Shown piece after piece: positions 49,573 through 57,014 of a DNA stretch of 64,000 bases; position 1 is the first letter of the stretch; each line of letters opens with the position of its first letter. The notes below the pieces were generated by a model. That model ran no database searches and had not been told where the DNA came from. It saw only the letters and a program-made list of their open reading frames with translations. The stretch is from IMG/VR virus record IMGVR_UViG_3300030399_000348; one strand, 5' to 3'. The stretch comes from a virus. The position numbers and the translations under genes are program-made.

Positions 49573-51486
49573 ATGACGCCGTACCAACAGTATATTCATA
49601 AGTCTCGCTATGCCCGCTGGATACCAGAACTAAACCGAAGAGAAAACTGGGACGAAACAGTTCATCGCTACATCAACTTCTTCACGCCCCGCATTCCCAA
49701 GCCCGACCGCGAAGCAACCGCCGCAGAACTAGAGCGAGCCATCTTTGACATGGAAGTCATGCCGTCCATGCGAGCCCTCATGACCGCAGGCGAGGCTTTG
49801 GAGAAGGACAACTGCGCTGGTTACAATTGCTCCTATATCAACGTCGATGATCCTAGAGCTTTCGACGAGGCGATGTACATCAGTATGTGCGGCACTGGCG
49901 TCGGCTTCAGCGTTGAACGCCAACACGTCAACAAACTGCCCGAGATCGCCGAGATTTTTTACCCCACCGACACCATCATTAAGGTTCGGGATTCCAAGAT
50001 CGGGTGGGCGTCGTCGCTTCGCCAACTCATCAGCTTGCTGTACGGCGGACTGATCCCTACGTGGGACCTATCCGCCGTGCGACCCGCAGGCTCAATTCTG
50101 AAGACTTTTGGCGGGCGAGCGAGCGGCCCGGAGCCCCTCGATAGGCTCTTCAGATTCACCGTAAAGGTCTTTCAGAACGCCGCTGGTCGTAGGCTTAACT
50201 CATTGGAATGCCACGACTTAATGTGCATGATCGCCGACGTGGTGGTCTGTGGCGGCGTGCGGCGGTCGGCTATGATCTCGCTCTCAAACCTGAGTGATGA
50301 CCGTATGCGTAACGCCAAGAACGGGCGTTGGTATGATGACGATGCAACTCCGTGGCGTCGGCTTGCAAACAACTCCGTTGCCTACACGGAAAAGCCCGAC
50401 GTGGAAGTTTTCATGAAGGAATTTCTCACCCTGATCGAGTCGAAGTCTGGCGAGCGTGGGTTGTTTAACCGCGAGGGTGCCCGCAAGCACGTGGCGAAGA
50501 ACGGTCGCCGTGCGGTCAAAGACGAGAAGGGGAATTACTACGATTTCGGATTGAACCCGTGCGCTGAAATTCTTCTGCGTCCCAAAGGCTTCTGCAACCT
50601 GACCGAAGTGGTCTGCCGTCCATACGACACCAAAGAAACCATCAAGCAAAAGATTCGCCGCGCTGTCATTCTTGGCTGCCTTCAGTCCACGCTGACTGAG
50701 TTCCGCTACTTACGCAAGGAATGGCAAAAGAACGCCGAGGAGGAGCGGCTCCTCGGCGTCAGTTTGACTGGCATCATGGACAACCAGATGATGAGCACGA
50801 ACGGCCCAGCACTGGAAGCACTGCTCGATGAGCTTCGTTTGTATTCCATCGAAGTAGCCACAGAGTGGGCGGGCAAGCTCGGCATCCCTGTGCCAGCAGC
50901 GATCACCTGCGTGAAACCCAGCGGCACCGTGAGTCAGCTTGTCGATTGTTCGCCCGGGATTCACACTCGCTACTCGCGTTACATTTGGCGAGGCGTCCGC
51001 GAGGACAGGAAGAATCCGGTAGGCACGTTCCTGAAGGCGATGGGTGTTGTCAACGAACCCGAAAAAGACAAGCCGAACGATGTGGATATCTTCTACTTCC
51101 CGTTGGAAGCTCCAGCCTCGACCCTCTGCCGGAATGATCTCAACGCAATCCAGCAACTCGAATTGTACCTCACGTACAAACAGCACTGGACAGAGCACAA
51201 CCCCTCATGTACAATTTATGTGAGGCAGCACGAGTGGATAGACGTGTGTGCTTGGGTCTACGGTCACTTCGATGTGATGGGCGGCGTGAGCTTCCAGCCC
51301 CACTCCGATCACATCTACAAGCAGGCCCCGAACACGGAAATCACCGAAACTGAGTATCAAAAACACAGGGAGAAAATGCCCGTCCTCGATTGGGCGCTTC
51401 TTCCCAGCTACGAAACAGAAGACATGACTACGGGCACGCATGAACCCGCCTGTGCTGGAGGGGCTTGCGAGCTTAGCATGAATTAG
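49573..51486 (+). CDS. nrdJ: class II (adenosylcobalamin-dependent) ribonucleotide reductase
   Basis: RRENWDETVHRY, MPSMRALMTAG, YNCSY, NPCAEI, TCVKPSGTVSQL, C-terminal CAGGAC. No beta subunit nearby. Confidence 0.92.
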   Translation: MTPYQQYIHKSRYARWIPELNRRENWDETVHRYINFFTPRIPKPDREATAAELERAIFDMEVMPSMRALMTAGEALEKDNCAGYNCSYINVDDPRAFDEAMYISMCGTGVGFSVERQHVNKLPEIAEIFYPTDTIIKVRDSKIGWASSLRQLISLLYGGLIPTWDLSAVRPAGSILKTFGGRASGPEPLDRLFRFTVKVFQNAAGRRLNSLECHDLMCMIADVVVCGGVRRSAMISLSNLSDDRMRNAKNGRWYDDDATPWRRLANNSVAYTEKPDVEVFMKEFLTLIESKSGERGLFNREGARKHVAKNGRRAVKDEKGNYYDFGLNPCAEILLRPKGFCNLTEVVCRPYDTKETIKQKIRRAVILGCLQSTLTEFRYLRKEWQKNAEEERLLGVSLTGIMDNQMMSTNGPALEALLDELRLYSIEVATEWAGKLGIPVPAAITCVKPSGTVSQLVDCSPGIHTRYSRYIWRGVREDRKNPVGTFLKAMGVVNEPEKDKPNDVDIFYFPLEAPASTLCRNDLNAIQQLELYLTYKQHWTEHNPSCTIYVRQHEWIDVCAWVYGHFDVMGGVSFQPHSDHIYKQAPNTEITETEYQKHREKMPVLDWALLPSYETEDMTTGTHEPACAGGACELSMN

Positions 51487-51493
51487 AGGTTTT

Positions 51494-51793
51494 ATGGAAA
51501 TCAAACTGACGTTCCTCATCACCAGAGTGGATGGTGAGACAGAAACTCAAGAGATCACTGCTCCCTACGTAAACGACCCCAACATCACACTCGAACAGCA
51601 GCAAATGCTTGTGATGCAGCGTATGCTCAACCAGTATGCACAGGTGGGTATGCTTCGTCAACCGGATAAGGGCAAGTTCATCCTGCTCTGTCCGAGCCAG
51701 ATCATGTTCGTGGAGTGTGAACTGCCGTCCGTCCTGATCGCGAACGCTTTGGATGTGCCGCCCACGCCTCGCGGGGGCCTAGTGAGTGGTTGA
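51494..51793 (+). CDS. hypothetical protein
   Basis: GAGG SD, 99 aa. Confidence 0.7.
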   Translation: MEIKLTFLITRVDGETETQEITAPYVNDPNITLEQQQMLVMQRMLNQYAQVGMLRQPDKGKFILLCPSQIMFVECELPSVLIANALDVPPTPRGGLVSG

Positions 51794-52126
51794 TTCGGGG
51801 GCGTCCCACTGCATTAGCGGGAGCATTTCCTTAGCCATCTCGAAATACACGGAGAAAAACGGTACGGGCTTCGTCCAATCGCCGAAGGAATAGTGCCATT
51901 GCAGGGCGATGATATGAGCCAGCCCCGTCTCACCCACCCGCCCCCGTCCGTTATGCACCCAACCCTCGGCAATTCGTCGGGAAATCGGGTCGTATTCGTC
52001 TCCCGGAGCCCCAACCTTTAGTAACATTTCGGGGTCAGTGCGGTCGGTTACCTTCTTCACAACCGCAAATACCCTGTTTTCAAGGGCTTCCAGTCGTAGG
52101 GCGTACTCTTTGCGTTGGTCTGTCAT
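51779..52126 (-). CDS. hypothetical protein (GAPxDEYD motif, DUF1871-like)
   Basis: Start MTDQRKEY at 52126. The longer ORF-track version overlaps the divergent gene. Confidence 0.6.
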   Translation of the reverse strand: MTDQRKEYALRLEALENRVFAVVKKVTDRTDPEMLLKVGAPGDEYDPISRRIAEGWVHNGRGRVGETGLAHIIALQWHYSFGDWTKPVPFFSVYFEMAKEMLPLMQWDAPESTTH

Positions 52127-52183
52127 ACCAGATAATACCCAAATTCCTAGCGATTTCAACGAGTTTCGGGGTATAATAGGGGT
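52127..52183. promoter_or_regulatory. compact bidirectional promoter
   Basis: TATAAT at 52172-52177 (+) and TATTAT at 52137-52132 (-). Contains ATTCCTAGCGATT, shared with 53144. Confidence 0.65.
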
Positions 52184-53137
52184 ATGATTAACACAGACAA
52201 AATCACGGTGACCTTCAGCACCCCCTACATCCGTTCCGCCTTCACGCAGGGCGACCGTTTCGTAGCCGCCCTCGCGACTCTGGAAGCTGGACTCGCCGCT
52301 GGCGAAATCTACAACCAAGAATTCATCAATGCGAAGTCCTACGTTTCGAGCGGTTGTGAGCACGCGCAGCACATTTCCGCTGACGACGCACTGCCCCGCG
52401 AAATCCGCCGCGAACTGCCTTCGTCCGATCCCCGCCACGACATCGGTTACGCTTTCAGCATGAACCAAGCCGCCAAGCTGTCACGCCGCTTGAAGAAGCT
52501 GCCCATCGCCGATCAGACTGCCGGCCTCGTGAACTACATTGAGACCCTCGACAAGATCAACGAGTTGTTCCAGTTCTTGAAGTCTTTCAAGCCGATCATC
52601 AAGAAGGGTCGCAAGCCGAACGTCACCAATAAGACCGCCGCGCAGATCGCGGAAGAGATCGCCAACACGGGCATCTGCACCATCTGCCAGAACCGCCAGA
52701 AACTCACCGCCGAGCAGCAGATGGTTCACCACGGTTACCAGATGTCGGAATACAACCACGCTGGCTACCGCATCGGTAGCTGCTTCGGTTGCGCGTTCCT
52801 GCCCTACGAGTTCTCGTGCGAAGGCAACAAGCAGTGGTTGGCGCAGTACCTTCGCCCCGCGCTCAAGTCCGCACAGCAATACCTGAAATCGTTGAAGAAC
52901 AGCACCATGCCGACCCTCGAACGCACGAAGGAAACCTATCAGGGCTATGGTAAGAAGCCGCTGGTCACCACCGAGACGTTCGACAAGGGCACCCGCGAGT
53001 ACAACGAAATCCGCGAGAACGAAATGGACCGCACCGAGTTCAAGATCAGCAGCCTCAAGGGTGACATCCAGTTCCACGACGCACTGGTCGCGAACTGGAA
53101 GTTGACCCCGCTGGCGGACGGCACCACGAAAAAATAG
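52184..53137 (+). CDS. hypothetical Zn-binding protein
   Basis: 317 aa with GICTICQ...MVHHGY...SCFG motif, strongly biased codon usage. Confidence 0.8.
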   Translation: MINTDKITVTFSTPYIRSAFTQGDRFVAALATLEAGLAAGEIYNQEFINAKSYVSSGCEHAQHISADDALPREIRRELPSSDPRHDIGYAFSMNQAAKLSRRLKKLPIADQTAGLVNYIETLDKINELFQFLKSFKPIIKKGRKPNVTNKTAAQIAEEIANTGICTICQNRQKLTAEQQMVHHGYQMSEYNHAGYRIGSCFGCAFLPYEFSCEGNKQWLAQYLRPALKSAQQYLKSLKNSTMPTLERTKETYQGYGKKPLVTTETFDKGTREYNEIRENEMDRTEFKISSLKGDIQFHDALVANWKLTPLADGTTKK

Positions 53138-53143
53138 TTTCAG

Positions 53144-53178
53144 ATTCCTAGCGATTCGCCCCCGGGGTTTGGTATAAT
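53144..53178 (+). promoter_or_regulatory. promoter of RNA island
   Basis: ATTCCTAGCGATT-N14-GGTATAAT, same architecture as 52143-52177. Confidence 0.65.
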
Positions 53179-53184
53179 GGAATC

Positions 53185-53665
53185 GTTGATAGCCCCCGCG
53201 TAAGCACAAGCCCTGACGATCTCCGAGAGCGAGAAAAACTCGACTGGAGGCTATCTAGGGGACATGGTGGAGCGGGGTATAAGTAACAGGCGCGGTGTCG
53301 CACGGCTTGTGAAATTACCGACATAGGCGACAGCGTAACCATCTGAGGGGTGGACACAATGGGCACGAACTGAACGACTCGACCTCTAATAGGCTACGGC
53401 CTCGGAAAGCACATTCAACTGGTCGGCAATCAACCGACCCACAACATTTGGGAGAAGCGACGGACGGGAGTCGGGTTCCCGGCCTTGTGATTAAGCGAGG
53501 CAGCTAGTGTTGGCGCTTCGTCGCTTCTCCCGCCCTCCCCACACTTTGATTTACTAGCAGCGGTCTACAGGACCAAGGCGTCACGTGAGTAGGCTAGGCC
53601 AGCCTCCATTACTCGCGGACAAGGTGGGAGCGTGAAGTCCCTGTGATCGCCGCCAGTCAATCAAA
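53185..53665 (+). ncRNA. unassigned structured RNAs (three successive domains)
   Basis: About 480 nt with no plausible plus-strand ORF after a TATAAT promoter. Long stems 53450-53531 and 53545-53665. Confidence 0.55.
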
Positions 53666-53947
53666 ATGGACACTGGAATCAATCTCGGGCAGTTGATCGA
53701 ACAGGTGGAGGCTCTCAAGGCTCGCGTCGAGCGCGGAGAACTTTCCCCAGAGACGCCAGTCCTTCGCGGCGATGCCGAATGGGGGCCGCGTCCAGTACGA
53801 GACATTCGCGTGACCAAGGTCCGCGATAACAAGCTGTGGAACGGTCGTGAAGACGACACACATTGGGAACGCGAGGATTGGAACGACACGGACGAGCCCG
53901 GAGAGAACAATTGGGCTGAGGTCGTTCTCTTCGCAAATGTTCCCTAA
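53666..53947 (+). CDS. hypothetical acidic protein
   Basis: 93 aa with phage-like composition. Confidence 0.7.
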   Translation: MDTGINLGQLIEQVEALKARVERGELSPETPVLRGDAEWGPRPVRDIRVTKVRDNKLWNGREDDTHWEREDWNDTDEPGENNWAEVVLFANVP

Positions 53948-54113
53948 CGGTCGGCGGGGATGCGTGACACGTCTGGCAGAAACCAGCGTGCCCCAAAGTT
54001 CGGGTTAGCGGCGGGTGTAACCGTCGCTGTAAAGCGTAGGGCTGAAATCTTACGCTTCCCATCGGTCGGCGGGGACTCACGCCGCTCTGGATGAAACCAG
54101 AGTGCCCCAAAGT
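53948..54113 (+). ncRNA. duplicated structured motif flanking a three-way junction
   Basis: CGGTCGGCGGGGA...CTGG..GAAACCAG.GTGCCCCAAAGTT at 53948-54000 and 54063-54113. Confidence 0.6.
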
Positions 54114-54129
54114 TTAGACAGGAGAACCA

Positions 54130-54306
54130 ATGACTATCGGCGAGCGGCGAGAGGAACTGACAGCGATGACCTTCCGCAAACTCCGCAGGCTGTTTCGGCG
54201 GGTTGAGCGGCAGTACAACGTCGATTGGGCAGATCGCCGCAAGCGGGTAGATTTGGTTCAGGCGATCATCAACTACGAAGTCGGCGCAGGAGGTAAAGTC
54301 GGATGA
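54130..54306 (+). CDS. small basic protein (Rho N-terminal/HeH-like)
   Basis: AGGAG SD. MTIGERREELTAMTFRKLRRL...RKRVDLVQAII, 58 aa, below the ORF-track cutoff. Confidence 0.65.
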   Translation: MTIGERREELTAMTFRKLRRLFRRVERQYNVDWADRRKRVDLVQAIINYEVGAGGKVG

Positions 54307-54473
54307 AGTTTGTCGCATGGTTCGTAGTGCTCGCCGCGTACCTGACGTTTCGGTGCTGGCAGGGCGGCATGTTCGACACGGGACTGGAGCGCCTGTTCGG
54401 TTGGACGCCCGCCCGCGAGGACGACTCTTGGTTGCTGGACGAACTGAATCGCGACTTAGCGGGGGACGTATGA
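54303..54473 (+). CDS. small membrane protein
   Basis: ATGA overlap and GGAGG SD. MKFVAWFVVLAAYLTFRCWQGG..., 56 aa. Confidence 0.6.
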   Translation: MKFVAWFVVLAAYLTFRCWQGGMFDTGLERLFGWTPAREDDSWLLDELNRDLAGDV

Positions 54474-54715
54474 AGAGCGACAAAATTTACATCAACCTGT
54501 TGGTCTACAACTACGACGCTTCGCCGCGCCATGAGTACGTGCGGCACACATGCGGTGACGAGAAGAAGGCCCGCACGCTGGCGCTTCGGCTGCACAAGTT
54601 GATGGACGCCCGCAAGGGCAACCAGACGACTCGCTGGCTGGAGCAGCACACAGGCATCAGCGGATTCGTTGAGCGAATAGACGGCATCTACAAAGAAGTC
54701 ACGACCCGCTTGTAA
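54470..54715 (+). CDS. hypothetical protein
   Basis: ATGA overlap and GGGGGA SD. Starts MKSDKIYINLLVYNY. Confidence 0.65.
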   Translation: MKSDKIYINLLVYNYDASPRHEYVRHTCGDEKKARTLALRLHKLMDARKGNQTTRWLEQHTGISGFVERIDGIYKEVTTRL

Positions 54716-54738
54716 AAATGCCCAGACTACGGTATTGT
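54710..54738 (+). promoter_or_regulatory. sigma70-type promoter
   Basis: TTGTAA-N17-TATTGT. Confidence 0.65.
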
Positions 54739-54901
54739 ATTAGTGTATGCCTGCGGTTTACCGCTGCTCAGCCGAAAGGCGATAGGGCGTGACAGCCTTA
54801 GAGTATGTCCCGCAGACCCCCGACCACAGGCACGTGTCACCGTCCTGAGGGATGCGAATGAATTGGGGGATTTGTTGCATGTTGAAAGACTTGCAACGTC
54901 T

Positions 54902-54977
54902 GGGCCTGTAGTTCAGTTGGGAGAACGCTTCCTTTGCAAGGAAGAGGTCATCGGTTCGAGCCCGTTCAGGTCCACCA
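54902..54977 (+). tRNA. tRNA-Ala(TGC)
   Basis: Cloverleaf, loop TTTGCAA, G3-U70, encoded CCA. Confidence 0.95.
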
Positions 54978-55153
54978 AGTTTCGCCGATGCAGTTGGCGC
55001 TCATCCGCCTGATGAAGCTGCACTGGCAAGGGAGCCGATAAGCGAACGGGGATCATGCCCTCGCGTTAGGTCGGTCGGAGACGGCGTTTGTCCGCTTAGT
55101 TTTCCCGCAAGGGTGCAGGACATAGGCTCTAGCTCTTTTCTGAAAAATAGTTG

Positions 55154-55182
55154 TTGCAAGTTTCCTGAATACCGAGTATTGT
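55154..55182 (+). promoter_or_regulatory. sigma70-type promoter of leader/tRNA operon
   Basis: TTGCAA-N17-TATTGT. Confidence 0.75.
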
Positions 55183-55196
55183 AAATAGAGACGCTT

Positions 55197-55328
55197 ATGA
55201 ACTCCATTCTCCAAAACGCAGGTGTTATCGTGACGGTCGCCGCTTGTAGCGCAGCCGAACGCGGTACTGTCGCCGCTGGCGCGGCGGCGGTAGGAGATAT
55301 GGTGTCCTCGGGAGGGTTTGGAGAGTAA
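55197..55328 (+). CDS. putative attenuator leader peptide (43 aa, GNN-codon rich)
   Basis: MNSILQNAGVIVTVAACSAAERGTVAAGAAAVGDMVSSGGFGE. 26 GNN codons. The 3' end overlaps the antiterminator strand. Confidence 0.7.
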   Translation: MNSILQNAGVIVTVAACSAAERGTVAAGAAAVGDMVSSGGFGE

Positions 55329-55352
55329 CAACTTCCAAATCAACGGTTTCCG

Positions 55353-55385
55353 AGGACGCTCAAGCAGAGCGTCCTTTTTGTTTTT
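55353..55385 (+). terminator. intrinsic terminator (attenuator) upstream of the tRNA cluster
   Basis: AGGACGCTC-AAGCA-GAGCGTCCT followed by TTTTGTTTTT. Confidence 0.85.
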
Positions 55386-55397
55386 GCGGTAAAATTT

Positions 55398-55473
55398 GCG
55401 CGGGTAGCTTAGCGGCTAAAGCATCGCCCTTACAAGACGACTATCGTGGGTTCGAGTCCCACCCGGCGCACCA
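55398..55473 (+). tRNA. tRNA-Val(TAC)
   Basis: Cloverleaf, loop CTTACAA, CCA. One mismatch each in the acceptor and anticodon stems. Confidence 0.85.
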
Positions 55474-55489
55474 AGATTGGATTGAAAGA

Positions 55490-55717
55490 ATGAAACGCAA
55501 CAGATCACGCATCATAAAACTGGTCACGACCGTAGAGGTTGAGAAACAGGATTGGGGCTTCCAAGCATGGCACCCCACGTTGGGATTAGTTGCGACTGCC
55601 GACACCGAGGATGAAGTCCTCGACAAGATGGACAAGATGGTGGTTCGGCAATTAGAGTTTGATCTGACTCACGGCACGTTGAAGAGTGTCGCGAAGCCAG
55701 CAAAAATGGGCCGGTAG
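55490..55717 (+). CDS. HicB-like small protein
   Basis: VEVEKQDWGFQAWHPTLGLVATADTEDEVLDKM resembles the HicB N-terminal fold. Stop codon lies inside the next tRNA. Confidence 0.55.
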   Translation: MKRNRSRIIKLVTTVEVEKQDWGFQAWHPTLGLVATADTEDEVLDKMDKMVVRQLEFDLTHGTLKSVAKPAKMGR

Positions 55718-55782
55718 CATAACTGGGAATGCATCTCGCTTGCAACGAGAAAGAAGGAGTTCGAATCTCCCCGTGTCCACCA
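55708..55782 (+). tRNA. tRNA-Ala(TGC), slightly irregular acceptor/T stem
   Basis: Loop CTTGCAA, G3-U70, CCA. Confidence 0.8.
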
Positions 55783-55795
55783 ATTTTAGAAAGAT

Positions 55796-55870
55796 AGCGG
55801 CGTAGCCAAGTGGTAAGGTCGAGACCTGCAACGTCTTTATTCGCGAGTTCGATTCTCGCCGCCGCTTCCA
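55796..55870 (+). tRNA. tRNA-Cys(GCA)
   Basis: Loop CTGCAAC, U73, CCA. Confidence 0.9.
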
Positions 55871-55888
55871 AGTTTTGTTTTGTAATGC

Positions 55889-55967
55889 GGGGCCGTGGTG
55901 TAGCCCGGTCTAACATGCTTCCCTGTCACGGAAGAGATCGCGGGTTCAAATCCCGTCGTCCCCGCCA
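55889..55967 (+). tRNA. tRNA-Asp(GTC)
   Basis: Loop CTGTCAC, G73, CCA. Confidence 0.9.
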
Positions 55968-55973
55968 AATTTT

Positions 55974-56050
55974 GGTGACGTACCATAACTGGCTAATGGG
56001 CTCCCCTGTCACGGGAGAATATAGGGGTTCAAATCCCCCCGTCACCGCCA
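55974..56050 (+). tRNA. tRNA-Asp(GTC)
   Basis: Loop CTGTCAC, G73, CCA. Confidence 0.9.
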
Positions 56051-56057
56051 AGTTTTT

Positions 56058-56133
56058 GCATCCGTGGCGAAACGGGAACGCGGTGGTCTGCAAAACCACT
56101 ACTGAGTCGGCTCGACACCGACCGGGTGCTCCA
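56058..56133 (+). tRNA. tRNA-Cys(GCA), atypical T-loop
   Basis: Loop CTGCAAA, U73, CCA. T-loop CTCGACA. Confidence 0.8.
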
Positions 56134-56209
56134 AGATTAAAGCCTAGTATATTGGGCTTTAGAGGCAGAAAGTCAGCTTTCGCATTGTATATTAGGTCTT
56201 TGAAAATTT

Positions 56210-56585
56210 GTGTTGAACTGGACGACCGCCGCTGCGTAGATATACGTCCTGTGCTTGGAAGCGTTGGCGAAAGCCTTCCCAACCAAGTCCGGTGTTGAGC
56301 GCAGGGGAGGAAGTTCGGGACTGCAAAGAACAGCGTGCCAGCTAACGGCTGGGCGGCACCCGCAAGGGTGTTGACGATTAGAGCTACAGAGACGAGCCGA
56401 TTCAGTTCGGGTGAAACGAGCAATCTCCACGTGCAGCAAGCCCAAATAGGCTGAGCAGGATTGTGTTCGATCCGTTCGCTTCGCAAGAGGCGGGTAATCA
56501 GCGGGTAGGGTGCTTGAGCGTTGTAGCGATGCAACGCCTAGAGGAATGGTCGTCCGCGACAGAATCCCGGCTATAGGTTCAACAC
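56210..56585 (+). ncRNA. rnpB: RNase P RNA (type A-like, reduced S-domain)
   Basis: P1 GTGTTGAAC/GTTCAACAC and P2 GGACGACC/GGTCGTCC. CR-I GAGGAAGTTCGGGA pairs with CR-V ACAGAATCCCGGCTA (P4). ACAGAGACG, GGTGAAAC, GAGGAAT and a P18 hairpin are present. Confidence 0.9.
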
Positions 56586-56727
56586 GAATAAGTTGTGTGA
56601 TCCGCGTGGACACGAAAGTGAAAAACGCTGTAGCTGCGGCTGCGAGACTCGATCCCCGACAGGGGCGTTGGTTCCGGGAAACCCGAATCAATTGTGGCGA
56701 AAGCCGACCGACTGGGACACACGTAGT

Positions 56728-56802
56728 GCGGACATAGTTCAGTGGTAGAACGCATCCTTGCCAAGGATGAGGTCGCGGGTTCGAGCCCCGCTGTCCGCTC
56801 CA
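56728..56802 (+). tRNA. tRNA-Gly(GCC)
   Basis: Loop TTGCCAA, U73, CCA. Confidence 0.95.
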
Positions 56803-56906
56803 AGATTAACATCTGCCTATAAGCCAAGCGGCGAAAGCCGGGGCAGAGACCGACCGAAAGGCGTCCATGCATGAATGGACATAGTGAAGAGTTCTTGGCG
56901 TTGTTC

Positions 56907-56981
56907 GCGGGCGTAGTTCAGCGGAAGAATGCGTGCTTCCCAAGCATGAGGTCACGGGTTCAAATCCCGTCGCCCGCTCCA
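56907..56981 (+). tRNA. tRNA-Gly(CCC)
   Basis: Loop TTCCCAA, U73, CCA. Confidence 0.95.
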
Positions 56982-57014
56982 AGCTTTAACGCAAAAGATT
57001 TTGAGTGGTAAGTT

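Noticed and set aside
49573-51486. Intein or intron in the RNR gene
   Set aside because: Continuous 637-aa ORF with motifs at ordinary spacing.
55009-55050. CTGATGA suggesting a hammerhead ribozyme
   Set aside because: The downstream core reads GAAC rather than GAAA, and stems I-III cannot be built convincingly.
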